Of a stretch of DNA of 64,000 nucleotides, positions 6,401 through 16,327 are shown piece by piece; position 1 is the first letter of the stretch; the number at the start of each line of letters is the position of its first letter. The notes under the pieces were generated by a model. It ran no database searches, was not told where the DNA came from, and saw only the letters and a program-made list of their open reading frames with translations. The DNA is from Steroidobacteraceae bacterium (GTDB lineage Bacteria; Pseudomonadota; Gammaproteobacteria; Steroidobacterales; Steroidobacteraceae). The stretch covers positions 10,792-74,791 of the forward strand of contig DATKOP010000044.1 of assembly GCA_035524595.1 (NCBI GenBank), written 5' to 3'. A program made the position numbers and the translations under genes.

Positions 6401-8374
6401 TCAGCGGTCGATCGAGACGCTCAGCAGGAAGCGCCGGCCGAGCTCGGGGATCACCTGGCCGAAGGGCGTCAGGTGCAGGCCGCGCGCGTCGCTGAGATTG
6501 AGCGCATCGAGGCGCACCGTGAAGGGGTGATTGTGCAGCCGTGACTCGTAGCGCAGGCCCGCGCTCGCGGTGGTGAGCGGCGGCAGCGTCGCGTCGTTGG
6601 CGAGGGTCGCGGTGCGCTCCGAGAGGCGCGCGAGCTGCACCGAGCCCGCGAACGGCCGCAGCACGGGCGGCGCGTAGTCGACATTGAGCGACAGCGTCAG
6701 CGGCACCGGGCCGATCGGCACCGAGCCGAGCCCGGCGGCGGGCTCGGTGCGGTCGAGGTGCGGCTTCAGCCACACGCCGCCCGCCACGACCGTGAGCCCG
6801 GAGCCACCCGCGTAGGCGAGCGAGCTCTCGAGGCCGCGGTGGCGGACGGTGCCGAGCGCGCGGTAGGTGCCGGTCTCGTCGGTGTTGAAGTACACCTTCT
6901 GGATCTCGAAGCCGCCGAGCACCAGCGACAGGCCGTTCGCGGGCGCGTAGCGCAGGCCGCCGTCGACCTGGCGCGAGCGCGTCGCGGGCGGCGGCTGGCC
7001 GGGCACCGCGGAGTCGACCGGCGCGGGCGCCGAGTCCTCGAGGCCCTGCAGGAAGCTGCCGTACAGCGTCACCGCGTGCCCGGCCTCGACCGTGAACTTG
7101 AGGCTCGCGAGCCACGGCGTCGTCAGCTCGCCCTGCGCGATGCCGGGCGTCTCAATGACGGTGCGCCGGTAGTGGCTCTTCAGCAGCCCGACGCCGAGCG
7201 TGCCGACGCCCTTCCAGCGCTCCTCGTACACGGCGCCGAGGTCGAGCTGGCGGGTCTCGTCGAGGTAGCTCGGGATTGGTGGCATGTCGAAGGGCGGCGG
7301 GCAGGTCTCAGGCGGCGTGGTCGGCGGACCGGAGTCCAGCGTCGTCGTGCCGTAGCACGCCAGCTGGTCGCCGCCGTAGGCGTGGTCGGCGCTGCGGCCG
7401 CGCAGCGAGAGGTCGAGCCGGCGCGTGTGCAGCTCGCCGCCGAACTCGCGCGCGAGGCGGACCTCGCCCGAGGTCGAGCTCGAGGTCAGCGGCGGCAGCC
7501 GGTCGAGCCGGTGATCGACCGTGCGATCGGGCAGGACCGAGAGGTATTCCTCGATGTCGGAGGCGCGGTCCGCCTCGCGCGCGTGGAACAGGCCGGCGGT
7601 CAGCGTCCAGCGCGCGCCGAGGCCCTGGTGGACCACGACGCCGAGCGTCGTCGCGTGCCAGCCGTAGCTCGTGAACGGCTGCGAGGCGAGCGCGCGCGCA
7701 TCGAACAGCGGCGGCACCTCGACGCCGTCGCTGAACACGAACGGCAGCAGCGCATGCTGGCTGCCGTTCATCGTCGACCAGAACGGCACGATCTCGGTGC
7801 GCGCCGACGGGCGCCAGCGCAGCACCACCCCGGCGCTCGTGTTGCCGGCCGCGCGCGCCTGGTCGCCGGCGAAGTCCTTGCTGTAGCCGAGGCAGGCGGA
7901 ACCGGCGAGGTGGTCGCCGAGCGGCGTCTGGCCCTCGATCAGCGCGGTCGCCTCCTGGTACGGACCGCGGGTCGCGACCGCGCCGAGCGCGGTCGCATCG
8001 CCCGGCGTGAACAGCCTCAGGTCCGCGATGCCGGTCGGCGCGGGGAAGCTGTACGACTGCGCCGTGATGCCGATCCGCATCACGGTCGCGCGCGCGGTGC
8101 AGGGACCGACGTAGGCGCTCGGGTTGTCGAAATAGAGGCCCTCGATGCGCAGGTTGCCGGCCTGCTGCGGGCTGAAGCCGCGCGCGTCCGCGATCGAGTA
8201 GAGGCCGATCGCCTGGTTGCCGACCGCGAGCCCGAAGGCGTCCTCGGCGACCGAGACGGCGTTCTCCTGCACCGGCTCCGCGGCGGCGGCGGCCGCGGCG
8301 AGCGCCAGCACGAGCGCGCTGAGCGGCGCGCGCGCGCGCCGCCGCGCGCCCGCCCGCGATCCGCCCCCGCTCAC
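6401..8374 (-). CDS. TonB-dependent-receptor-like outer-membrane beta-barrel protein
   Basis: Start placed at GTG 8374 ([34 protein letters not shown] signal peptide). Plug-like 'GNQAIGLYSIADARGFSPQQAGNLRIEGLYFD', then about 550 aa of barrel-type sequence. The rest of the 1385-aa track ORF upstream is shadow reading over the neighbouring gene. Confidence 0.6.
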   Translation of the reverse strand: MSGGGSRAGARRRARAPLSALVLALAAAAAAAEPVQENAVSVAEDAFGLAVGNQAIGLYSIADARGFSPQQAGNLRIEGLYFDNPSAYVGPCTARATVMRIGITAQSYSFPAPTGIADLRLFTPGDATALGAVATRGPYQEATALIEGQTPLGDHLAGSACLGYSKDFAGDQARAAGNTSAGVVLRWRPSARTEIVPFWSTMNGSQHALLPFVFSDGVEVPPLFDARALASQPFTSYGWHATTLGVVVHQGLGARWTLTAGLFHAREADRASDIEEYLSVLPDRTVDHRLDRLPPLTSSSTSGEVRLAREFGGELHTRRLDLSLRGRSADHAYGGDQLACYGTTTLDSGPPTTPPETCPPPFDMPPIPSYLDETRQLDLGAVYEERWKGVGTLGVGLLKSHYRRTVIETPGIAQGELTTPWLASLKFTVEAGHAVTLYGSFLQGLEDSAPAPVDSAVPGQPPPATRSRQVDGGLRYAPANGLSLVLGGFEIQKVYFNTDETGTYRALGTVRHRGLESSLAYAGGSGLTVVAGGVWLKPHLDRTEPAAGLGSVPIGPVPLTLSLNVDYAPPVLRPFAGSVQLARLSERTATLANDATLPPLTTASAGLRYESRLHNHPFTVRLDALNLSDARGLHLTPFGQVIPELGRRFLLSVSIDR

Positions 8375-8463
8375 GTCCGTCCGCGCCACCGCACGCTCCC
8401 CGCTCAAGCGGCCGGAGCATACCGTGCCGGCCGTGCGGCCGGCGCGTGCGGCCGGCAGCGCGC

Positions 8464-10812
8464 TCAACGACTGCGCGCCAGCGCGTGCGGCGGCACCATG
8501 AGCACCTTGCCGTCGCTGAAGTGCACCGTCAGCGCCGCGTCGCGTGCGTTGTAGGCGAGGTAGCTGCGGCCGCGGCGCGCGTCGCCGAACACGGCAAAGA
8601 GCGGCGTGTCGGCCGCGACGCTCAGGTCCGGCGCGCCCGTCGCCGCGAGGCTCGCCAGCCAGAAGAAGGTGTGCGCGCGCGTCTCGCCGAACTCGACGTG
8701 GCCGTCCGGGTTCCAGGCGGCGCGGCCGGCGGCGGGGTCGGCGAGCGCGAGGAAGCCCGCGAGCAGGTCCTGCCAGATGTCGGGCGGCGTGCCGTCGGTA
8801 TGGCCGCGGGCGTAGTAGGCCTGCTGCTTGGCCGGCAGGGCCGCGATGATCCGGCGCACGGCCGCGGGATCGGCGCCGAGGTAGGTGGCAGCGGGCGTCA
8901 GCGGCAGGACGTTGATGCCGGCGATCTGCCGCGGCTCCTCGGTCCACCAGGTGTTGTAGGCGTACTTGCCGCCGAACACCATGCTCGCGAACGGCTCGCC
9001 GAACTCGGGCCTGATCACCTGGTGGTCGAGGTCGAACCAGTACTGCTGCACCGAGGCGATCTCGCTCGTGTACAGGTAGATGCCGAGGTCCCTGAGCCGC
9101 CGGTCGCCCGTGGCCTCGCCGAGCAGCACGAGGCTCGCCCAGGCGTTGACGGCCTCGGACGAGGACTCCTGGTTGTTGCCGGCGACGAGGTTCGCGGTGC
9201 CCGAGGCCCACGAGTGGCCCTCGTAGACGTCGAAGTTCCTGAGGAACGGGAAGTCGGCGCGGCCGCGCTCGGCGGTCGCGATGTCGGCGACGAGCTTGCC
9301 GACCATGCCGCCGTAGCGCGCCGCGCCGAGCCAGTCGCGATCGCGCAGCGCCAGGTGCGCCGCGGCACCCAGCCAGTAGCCGTAGTGGAAGTGGTGGTCG
9401 TTCATGTTCTGGATGCTGTTGTACTCCTGCGGGATGCCGACGAAGGTGCCGAGCCGCGCGTCCTCGACGAAGTAGCCGGCGTGGCGGCCGTCGAACCACG
9501 ACTCGAGCCGCGCCCGCACCGCCGCGAGCAGCGCATCGCGCGCCGCGAGCTCGCCCTCGGCCTCGGCGATGCCCGCGAGCTGCACGCGCGCGTTCAGCTC
9601 CTTGCCGGTCCAGTAGGTGCCCGCGGCGCCGGGCGCGGCCGGGCCGCCGAGCCGGGCGGCGTCGGCGGCGAGCAGCCGGCCGAGCGCGTCGCGATCGGCC
9701 GCGTCCTCGAGCCCGCCCCAGTAGGGCACGAAGCCGTGGTAGCGGCGCCGGACCACGAAGCGGTTCGCCGCGACGAGGCGGATCGGGCCGCGCACCGACT
9801 CGTACTGGTAGAGCGCCGCCGGCGGCGGCGCCGCCGCCGACCAGTGGTGCGGGTAGAGGCCCATGAAGGTCGTGAGGTTCTCGCCCTCGCGCGCCAGCGT
9901 CGTGACCGCGAAGGTCTCCGTCACGGTGCTCGCGCGCTCGTCGTACGCCCAGCTGACGCGGGTATCGGTGGGGAAGGCGTAGGCCCGGGCGAGGAAGTCG
10001 CGCACCGTCGCCTCGCGCCCGTCCGGCAGGCCCGCGACCGAGAAGTAGCGGGCGCCCTGCGGCAGGCGCAGCACGAACTCGGTGGCGCCGGCCCGCTCCC
10101 AGCGCGCGCCGTGCGGCGCGAACGCGGCGTAGGCGCGGCCGGCGACCGCGAAGGCGAGCGCGCGCGGGTCGCGGGCGGGATCCGCCGGGTCCCAGAGGAG
10201 GGCGGGCGCGGCCGCGAGCGTCAGGCGCACGTCGCCACGGCTGCACTCGAAGTAGCTGAACGGGCTGCCGTGCAGCACGGTCGCGCGCAGCGACTCGCCG
10301 GCGCCGGCCGCCAGCGTGATCTCCGCGAGCCAGTCGGCGTGGCGCGTCAGGCGCGCATCGCGCGGCGCGAACGCGAGCGGCGCGACCACGATCGCCGGCA
10401 CGTGCAGGTAGCGCATCTCCTTGCGGCCGCCGCCGTCCAGGACGGCGAGCTCGCGCGCCGGCAGGCCGATCTCGAAACCCGCCGGCCCCGCGGCGTAGCT
10501 CATCGGCAGCGCGTACAACGGCCGCGACCAGCGCTGGAACATCACCGACGAGTCCCACTGGTTGGTGGGCGCGGCGGCCCTCGCCGCCGCCCCGCCCCGA
10601 AACGGCGCCGGCGGCGGGACGAGGTCGATGCCGGTCGCGCCGTGGCGCGGCGCCGTGTAGTAGGTGCCGGCGCCGAGGTGCACGGACCCCGCCTCAGGCG
10701 CGTCGGCAGTCGCGACCGCGACGCCGCAGGCGCCGAGCAGCAGCGCGCCGCGCCACGGCGGTCGCCGCCGCCGCGTCCGGCCGTTGTCCTCGTGCGGCGG
10801 CGGGCGGGTCAT
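8464..10812 (-). CDS. glycoside hydrolase family 81 (endo-beta-1,3-glucanase)-like protein
   Basis: Start at ATG 10812 (MTRPPPHEDNGRTRRRRPPWRGALLLGACGVAVATA, Arg-rich signal). GH81-type motifs 'TNQWDSS', 'MNDHHFHYGYW', 'FDVYEGHSWASG', 'NQESSSEAVNAW'. Confidence 0.75.
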   Translation of the reverse strand: MTRPPPHEDNGRTRRRRPPWRGALLLGACGVAVATADAPEAGSVHLGAGTYYTAPRHGATGIDLVPPPAPFRGGAAARAAAPTNQWDSSVMFQRWSRPLYALPMSYAAGPAGFEIGLPARELAVLDGGGRKEMRYLHVPAIVVAPLAFAPRDARLTRHADWLAEITLAAGAGESLRATVLHGSPFSYFECSRGDVRLTLAAAPALLWDPADPARDPRALAFAVAGRAYAAFAPHGARWERAGATEFVLRLPQGARYFSVAGLPDGREATVRDFLARAYAFPTDTRVSWAYDERASTVTETFAVTTLAREGENLTTFMGLYPHHWSAAAPPPAALYQYESVRGPIRLVAANRFVVRRRYHGFVPYWGGLEDAADRDALGRLLAADAARLGGPAAPGAAGTYWTGKELNARVQLAGIAEAEGELAARDALLAAVRARLESWFDGRHAGYFVEDARLGTFVGIPQEYNSIQNMNDHHFHYGYWLGAAAHLALRDRDWLGAARYGGMVGKLVADIATAERGRADFPFLRNFDVYEGHSWASGTANLVAGNNQESSSEAVNAWASLVLLGEATGDRRLRDLGIYLYTSEIASVQQYWFDLDHQVIRPEFGEPFASMVFGGKYAYNTWWTEEPRQIAGINVLPLTPAATYLGADPAAVRRIIAALPAKQQAYYARGHTDGTPPDIWQDLLAGFLALADPAAGRAAWNPDGHVEFGETRAHTFFWLASLAATGAPDLSVAADTPLFAVFGDARRGRSYLAYNARDAALTVHFSDGKVLMVPPHALARSR

Positions 10813-11069
10813 CGGGCGGCGGGGCTCCGGGCGGTACGGGACGCGCCTCGGTCCGGGCGGGGGCGGAGCGCGAGCGCCCGGCGATGGTCGCACCGCGGCT
10901 CGGGGCGCGCCACGGGGGTCGCTTCGGCCGGGCCGCAAGGGTAGGGCAGAAGCCTAAGCGCCGGCACCCGCCGCGAGTGGGAAGTGCGCATAGTCGCGGG
11001 CGGGCGAGTCCGTGTCCACTGGCGCATCGGCAACCCTGGCATGACCCGGCCGCAGCGGGGAGACGCGCC

Positions 11070-11546
11070 ATGACGCTCGCCATCACTTCACCCGCGTTCG
11101 CGGCCGACGGCACGATCCCGGCGCGCTACACCTGCGACGGCGAGGACCTGTCGCCGCCGCTCGCCTTCAACGGGCTGCCGCCGGGGACCCAGAGCCTCGC
11201 GCTGATCATCGAGGATCCGGACGCGCCGGACCCGGCCGCGCCGACGACCGTCTGGGTGCACTGGATCGTCTACAACATCCCGCCGACGACCCGCGCCTTC
11301 GCCGAGAACGCCGCGCGTCGCGGGCTGCCGCCCGGGGCGCTCGGCGGCCGCAACGACTGGGGGCGCGGCGGCTACGGCGGCCCGTGCCCGCCGATCGGGC
11401 GGCACCGCTACGTGCACCGCCTGCTCGCGCTCGACACGCTGCTGCCGGACCTGAAGGGCCCGACCCGGGCCGATCTCGAGCAGGCCGCGGCCGGCCACGT
11501 GCTCGCCGAGGCCCGGCTCGTCGCGAGCTACGCCCGTCCGCCCTGA
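11070..11546 (+). CDS. YbhB/YbcL-family (PEBP / Raf kinase inhibitor-like) protein
   Basis: ATG 11070. 'ITSPAFAADGTIPARYTCDGEDLSPPL', 'LIIEDPDAP', 'VHWIVYNIP', 'GYGGPCPPIGRHRYVHRLLALD'. Confidence 0.85.
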   Translation: MTLAITSPAFAADGTIPARYTCDGEDLSPPLAFNGLPPGTQSLALIIEDPDAPDPAAPTTVWVHWIVYNIPPTTRAFAENAARRGLPPGALGGRNDWGRGGYGGPCPPIGRHRYVHRLLALDTLLPDLKGPTRADLEQAAAGHVLAEARLVASYARPP

Positions 11547-11574
11547 GCGGCGGCCCGAGCGCGCAAGCCCAGGG

Positions 11575-11595
11575 CCGGCGGCGTCGGGCCGCCGG
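11575..11595. terminator. GC-rich hairpin between convergent genes
   Basis: CCGGCGGC (11575-11582) / GCCGCCGG (11588-11595) with a 5-nt loop, between the ybhB-like stop and the cytochrome c4 stop. No T tract. Confidence 0.3.
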
Positions 11596-11625
11596 TCGCG
11601 GGCGTTCGGGCGGGGCGGCGGGCGC

Positions 11626-12249
11626 CTAGTGCTGCGCCTCGAGGTAGGCCGCGACCGCACGCATCTCCTCGAGCTTGAGCCCCTGCGCGACGCCGTGCAT
11701 GACGGCGACGTTGCGCATGTTGCTCTGGAAGGAGCCGAGCTGCTTCAGCACGTACTGCGCGTGCTGGCCGGCGAGCCGCGGGAAGTCGCCCATGCCGCGC
11801 GCATCCGGGCCGTGGCAGGCCGCGCAGGCGGGCACGCCCACCGCCTCGACGCCCTTCTCGTAGATCTGCCGCCCGCGATCGACGAGCGAGGCCTCGCCGG
11901 CATGGCCGGCGCCGGGCTTCTGCGCCGCGTAGTACTGCGCCAGCGCCTCGATCGTGTCGTCCTCGAGCGCGGCCGACATGCCCCACATGTAGCCGATCGC
12001 GTCGGCGTCGCCGCGCGTCTGGCTGCGGAAGGCCTTGAGCTGCGCGGCCAGGTAGTTGGCGTTCTGGCCGGCGAGCCGCGGGTACTTCGGCTGCTGGCTG
12101 ACGCCGGTGGCCCCGTGGCAGCTGCCGCAGGTGCCGACCGCGATGCGCACCGCGTGCTCGTGGGTGGCGGCGTCGATCGTGTCGGCGCGCGCGGCGCCGA
12201 GGCCGAGCGCGCACAGGAGCCCGAGGGCCATGGCGATTGGATGTCTCAT
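11626..12249 (-). CDS. dihaem cytochrome c4 (Cyc1-like periplasmic cytochrome)
   Basis: ATG 12249. Signal peptide MRHPIAMALGLLCALGLGAARA. Two CXXCH motifs (CGSCH, CAACH), each followed by 'PRLAGQ' and a distal Met (MWGM, VMHG). Confidence 0.85.
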   Translation of the reverse strand: MRHPIAMALGLLCALGLGAARADTIDAATHEHAVRIAVGTCGSCHGATGVSQQPKYPRLAGQNANYLAAQLKAFRSQTRGDADAIGYMWGMSAALEDDTIEALAQYYAAQKPGAGHAGEASLVDRGRQIYEKGVEAVGVPACAACHGPDARGMGDFPRLAGQHAQYVLKQLGSFQSNMRNVAVMHGVAQGLKLEEMRAVAAYLEAQH

Positions 12250-12278
12250 CAGATGCGCTCCTTCAGGTCCGGCGCGGG

Positions 12279-13667
12279 TCAGTAGGACAGCCAGGCAAGG
12301 ATGTAGAGCGTGTTGTTGTCGCTCGCCTTGCGCGGCAGCGTCACGCTGCCGGTGCTGTTGTTCCACAGGTAGCTGCTGCCGCCGTTGTACTTGTTGTAGC
12401 CCGTGTACTGGATCGAGAACTTCGTGTTCAGCCACGGCATGTAGTTGAGCTCGGCGACCCAGCCGTCCGTGTCCGGCGTCGTGTTGCCGTTGCCGCCGTA
12501 GAGCCCGGCGTCGGCGCTGCCGGTCGTGTGGAAGTAGCCGATCGTGCCGCCGATCTTGCGCTTGTAGTAGTAGGTCGCGAAGCCGCGGATCGTGGTCAGG
12601 TCGTCGCTCGCGTTGGCCGAGCCGCCCTCGCCGCCGGCGTAGGTCGCATCCAGCGTCTGCTTCTCGTGGATCCGCGTCGCGGTGAAGCTGACGAGGTGCT
12701 GGTCGCCCGCGTACTGGTACTGCACGTCCTCGGCGACGTCCTGGAACTGGTCGGTCGGGCCGCTGAGCGGCGCGCCGTTGGCCGGCAGCATCTTGAAGGT
12801 CGCGCCGTAGAGTCCGCCCTCGATCGAGTGCCGGCCCCAGTTGTGCTCGTAGGCGAGGCGCCAGTACGGCGCGCTGCCCGAGACCACCGCCGCGGTCTGC
12901 GTGCTGTCGAGCGGCCCGGCCGTGCCCTGGCGCGCGGTGCGATAGAGGCCGAGCTCGGCGTACAGCGACTCGTTCCAGAACACGTAGCCCGTGAGCCCGG
13001 CCACGTCCTGGCCGAGCGCGCCGTCGATCATCGTGCCGTAGGGGACCCCGGGCGCGCTGTTGGAGGCCGCGTACGGGAAGCCGAAGGCCGGCGTCGTGTT
13101 CCACAGGTCCTGGACCGTCGGGTTGTTGTTGAGCGACAGGCCGTAGATCAGGCTCTTGTCGCCCGGCAGCACCTTGAGGTCGGTGAAGCGGATGTCGGTG
13201 TTGTCGATGCCGATCGTGCCCGAGTCGTTGCCGTAGGTGAGCTGCAGGAACGCGCCGAGGTGCGGCGCGATCTTGCCGGCGTAGAAGAGGCTCACCTGCT
13301 GCGGGAAGGCGACCGTGCCGTTCTGCGACTGGCCGGTGCCCGAGTCGTCCGGCAGCGGCGTCGCGAGCTGGGTGAAGGAGACCTGCACCATCAGCGACAG
13401 CGGCGGCAGGCTCGCGAGCGAGAGCATCTCCTCCTTCTGCGCGGTGACGCCGCGGACCTGCTTGAGGTTGTCGAGGATGTAGCCGTTCGCCTTGAACACC
13501 CGGCCGAAGTGCGTCAGCTCCGGCCAGACCGTGTGGCAGGCCTCGCAGGCCATGCCGGTCTGCCGGGCGAAGCTCGGCACGGCCTCCGCCGCGGGAGCGG
13601 CCAGCACGACGAGGACCGGGACCAGTAGCCGGGCTGCCAGTCGAGCCCAATGACGATCGAGGTTCAT
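12279..13667 (-). CDS. cyc2: Cyc2-like fused monohaem cytochrome c / outer-membrane porin (candidate Fe(II) oxidase)
   Basis: AAGGAG 6 nt upstream of ATG 13667. Signal peptide. Its only two Cys form CEACH within '[32 protein letters not shown]'. About 410 aa of Cys-free beta-barrel-type sequence ending LAWLSY. Confidence 0.65.
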   Translation of the reverse strand: MNLDRHWARLAARLLVPVLVVLAAPAAEAVPSFARQTGMACEACHTVWPELTHFGRVFKANGYILDNLKQVRGVTAQKEEMLSLASLPPLSLMVQVSFTQLATPLPDDSGTGQSQNGTVAFPQQVSLFYAGKIAPHLGAFLQLTYGNDSGTIGIDNTDIRFTDLKVLPGDKSLIYGLSLNNNPTVQDLWNTTPAFGFPYAASNSAPGVPYGTMIDGALGQDVAGLTGYVFWNESLYAELGLYRTARQGTAGPLDSTQTAAVVSGSAPYWRLAYEHNWGRHSIEGGLYGATFKMLPANGAPLSGPTDQFQDVAEDVQYQYAGDQHLVSFTATRIHEKQTLDATYAGGEGGSANASDDLTTIRGFATYYYKRKIGGTIGYFHTTGSADAGLYGGNGNTTPDTDGWVAELNYMPWLNTKFSIQYTGYNKYNGGSSYLWNNSTGSVTLPRKASDNNTLYILAWLSY

Positions 13668-13900
13668 TTCCGCTCCTTAAGCAGCATCGCCCATCGCTTC
13701 GAAGTCGCGCAAAAGCTAACCGGCCGGATCGGCAATACCCAGCCGGCCAATTGCGTATTCAGTAAGGAGTTGCCGCCGGGCGGCGCCCCGTGCCTGCGGC
13801 CGGCCCGCTCTTGCGGCGCGCCCCGGCCCGTGCGTGGGCGGCTCCTGCGCCCGGCTCGCGCCGGCGGGCAGCGCGACCCGCGATCGGCGAGAATGCGCAC

Positions 13901-16068
<2,168 letters not shown>

Positions 16069-16072
<4 letters not shown>

Positions 16073-16245
16073 GCGCCGAGGTGCCCGTCCACGAGCCCAG
16101 GCCGGGGCTCTACGACCCGCTGCTGGCGCGCTTTCGGCTGTCGGGGCGCGAGCGGCTGGTGGGGCGGCTGCTGGTGTGGCTGGTGCGGGTGCCCGGGGCC
16201 GTCCGGCTGCTGACCCTGTGGCACGCGCGCCGCAGCCGCGACTGA
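16069..16245 (+). CDS. possible small ORF (58 aa) coupled to ygiQ; doubtful
   Basis: GTG 16069 overlaps the ygiQ TGA (GTGA). Encodes [58 protein letters not shown] with one hydrophobic stretch. No recognisable motif. Confidence 0.2.
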
Positions 16246-16260
16246 GCGCGCATCCGGCAC

Positions 16261-16291
16261 CTGGCGCTTGCCCCGGGCCGGCAGGCGCCAG
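16261..16291 (+). terminator. terminator-like hairpin downstream of ygiQ / upstream of thrA
   Basis: CTGGCGC..TGCC-ccgggcc-GGCA..GCGCCAG imperfect stem-loop. No clear U tract. Confidence 0.35.
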
Positions 16292-16327
16292 TAGATTGTG
16301 CGCCGCAACCAAAGAGGCTCAGGGTTC

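Noticed and set aside
8375-10558. N-terminal 728 codons of the 1385-aa track ORF 6401-10558 (a possible giant receptor)
   Set aside because: This part is low-complexity Arg/Ala/Pro/Gly text lying in another frame of the same strand as the well-supported GH81 gene. A signal peptide and plug-like sequence begin only at GTG 8374, so the receptor-like gene was truncated to 6401-8374.
11037-11052. TGGCAT element upstream of the ybhB-like gene as a second sigma-54 promoter
   Set aside because: The -12 position reads GGCC rather than TTGC/GTGC at the correct spacing, and the element overlaps the region immediately before the ATG. It is not convincing.
16246-16327. thr operon leader peptide / attenuator upstream of thrA
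   Set aside because: There is no short ORF rich in Thr/Ile codons and no alternative hairpin set. Only a single GC hairpin is present, which more likely terminates ygiQ.
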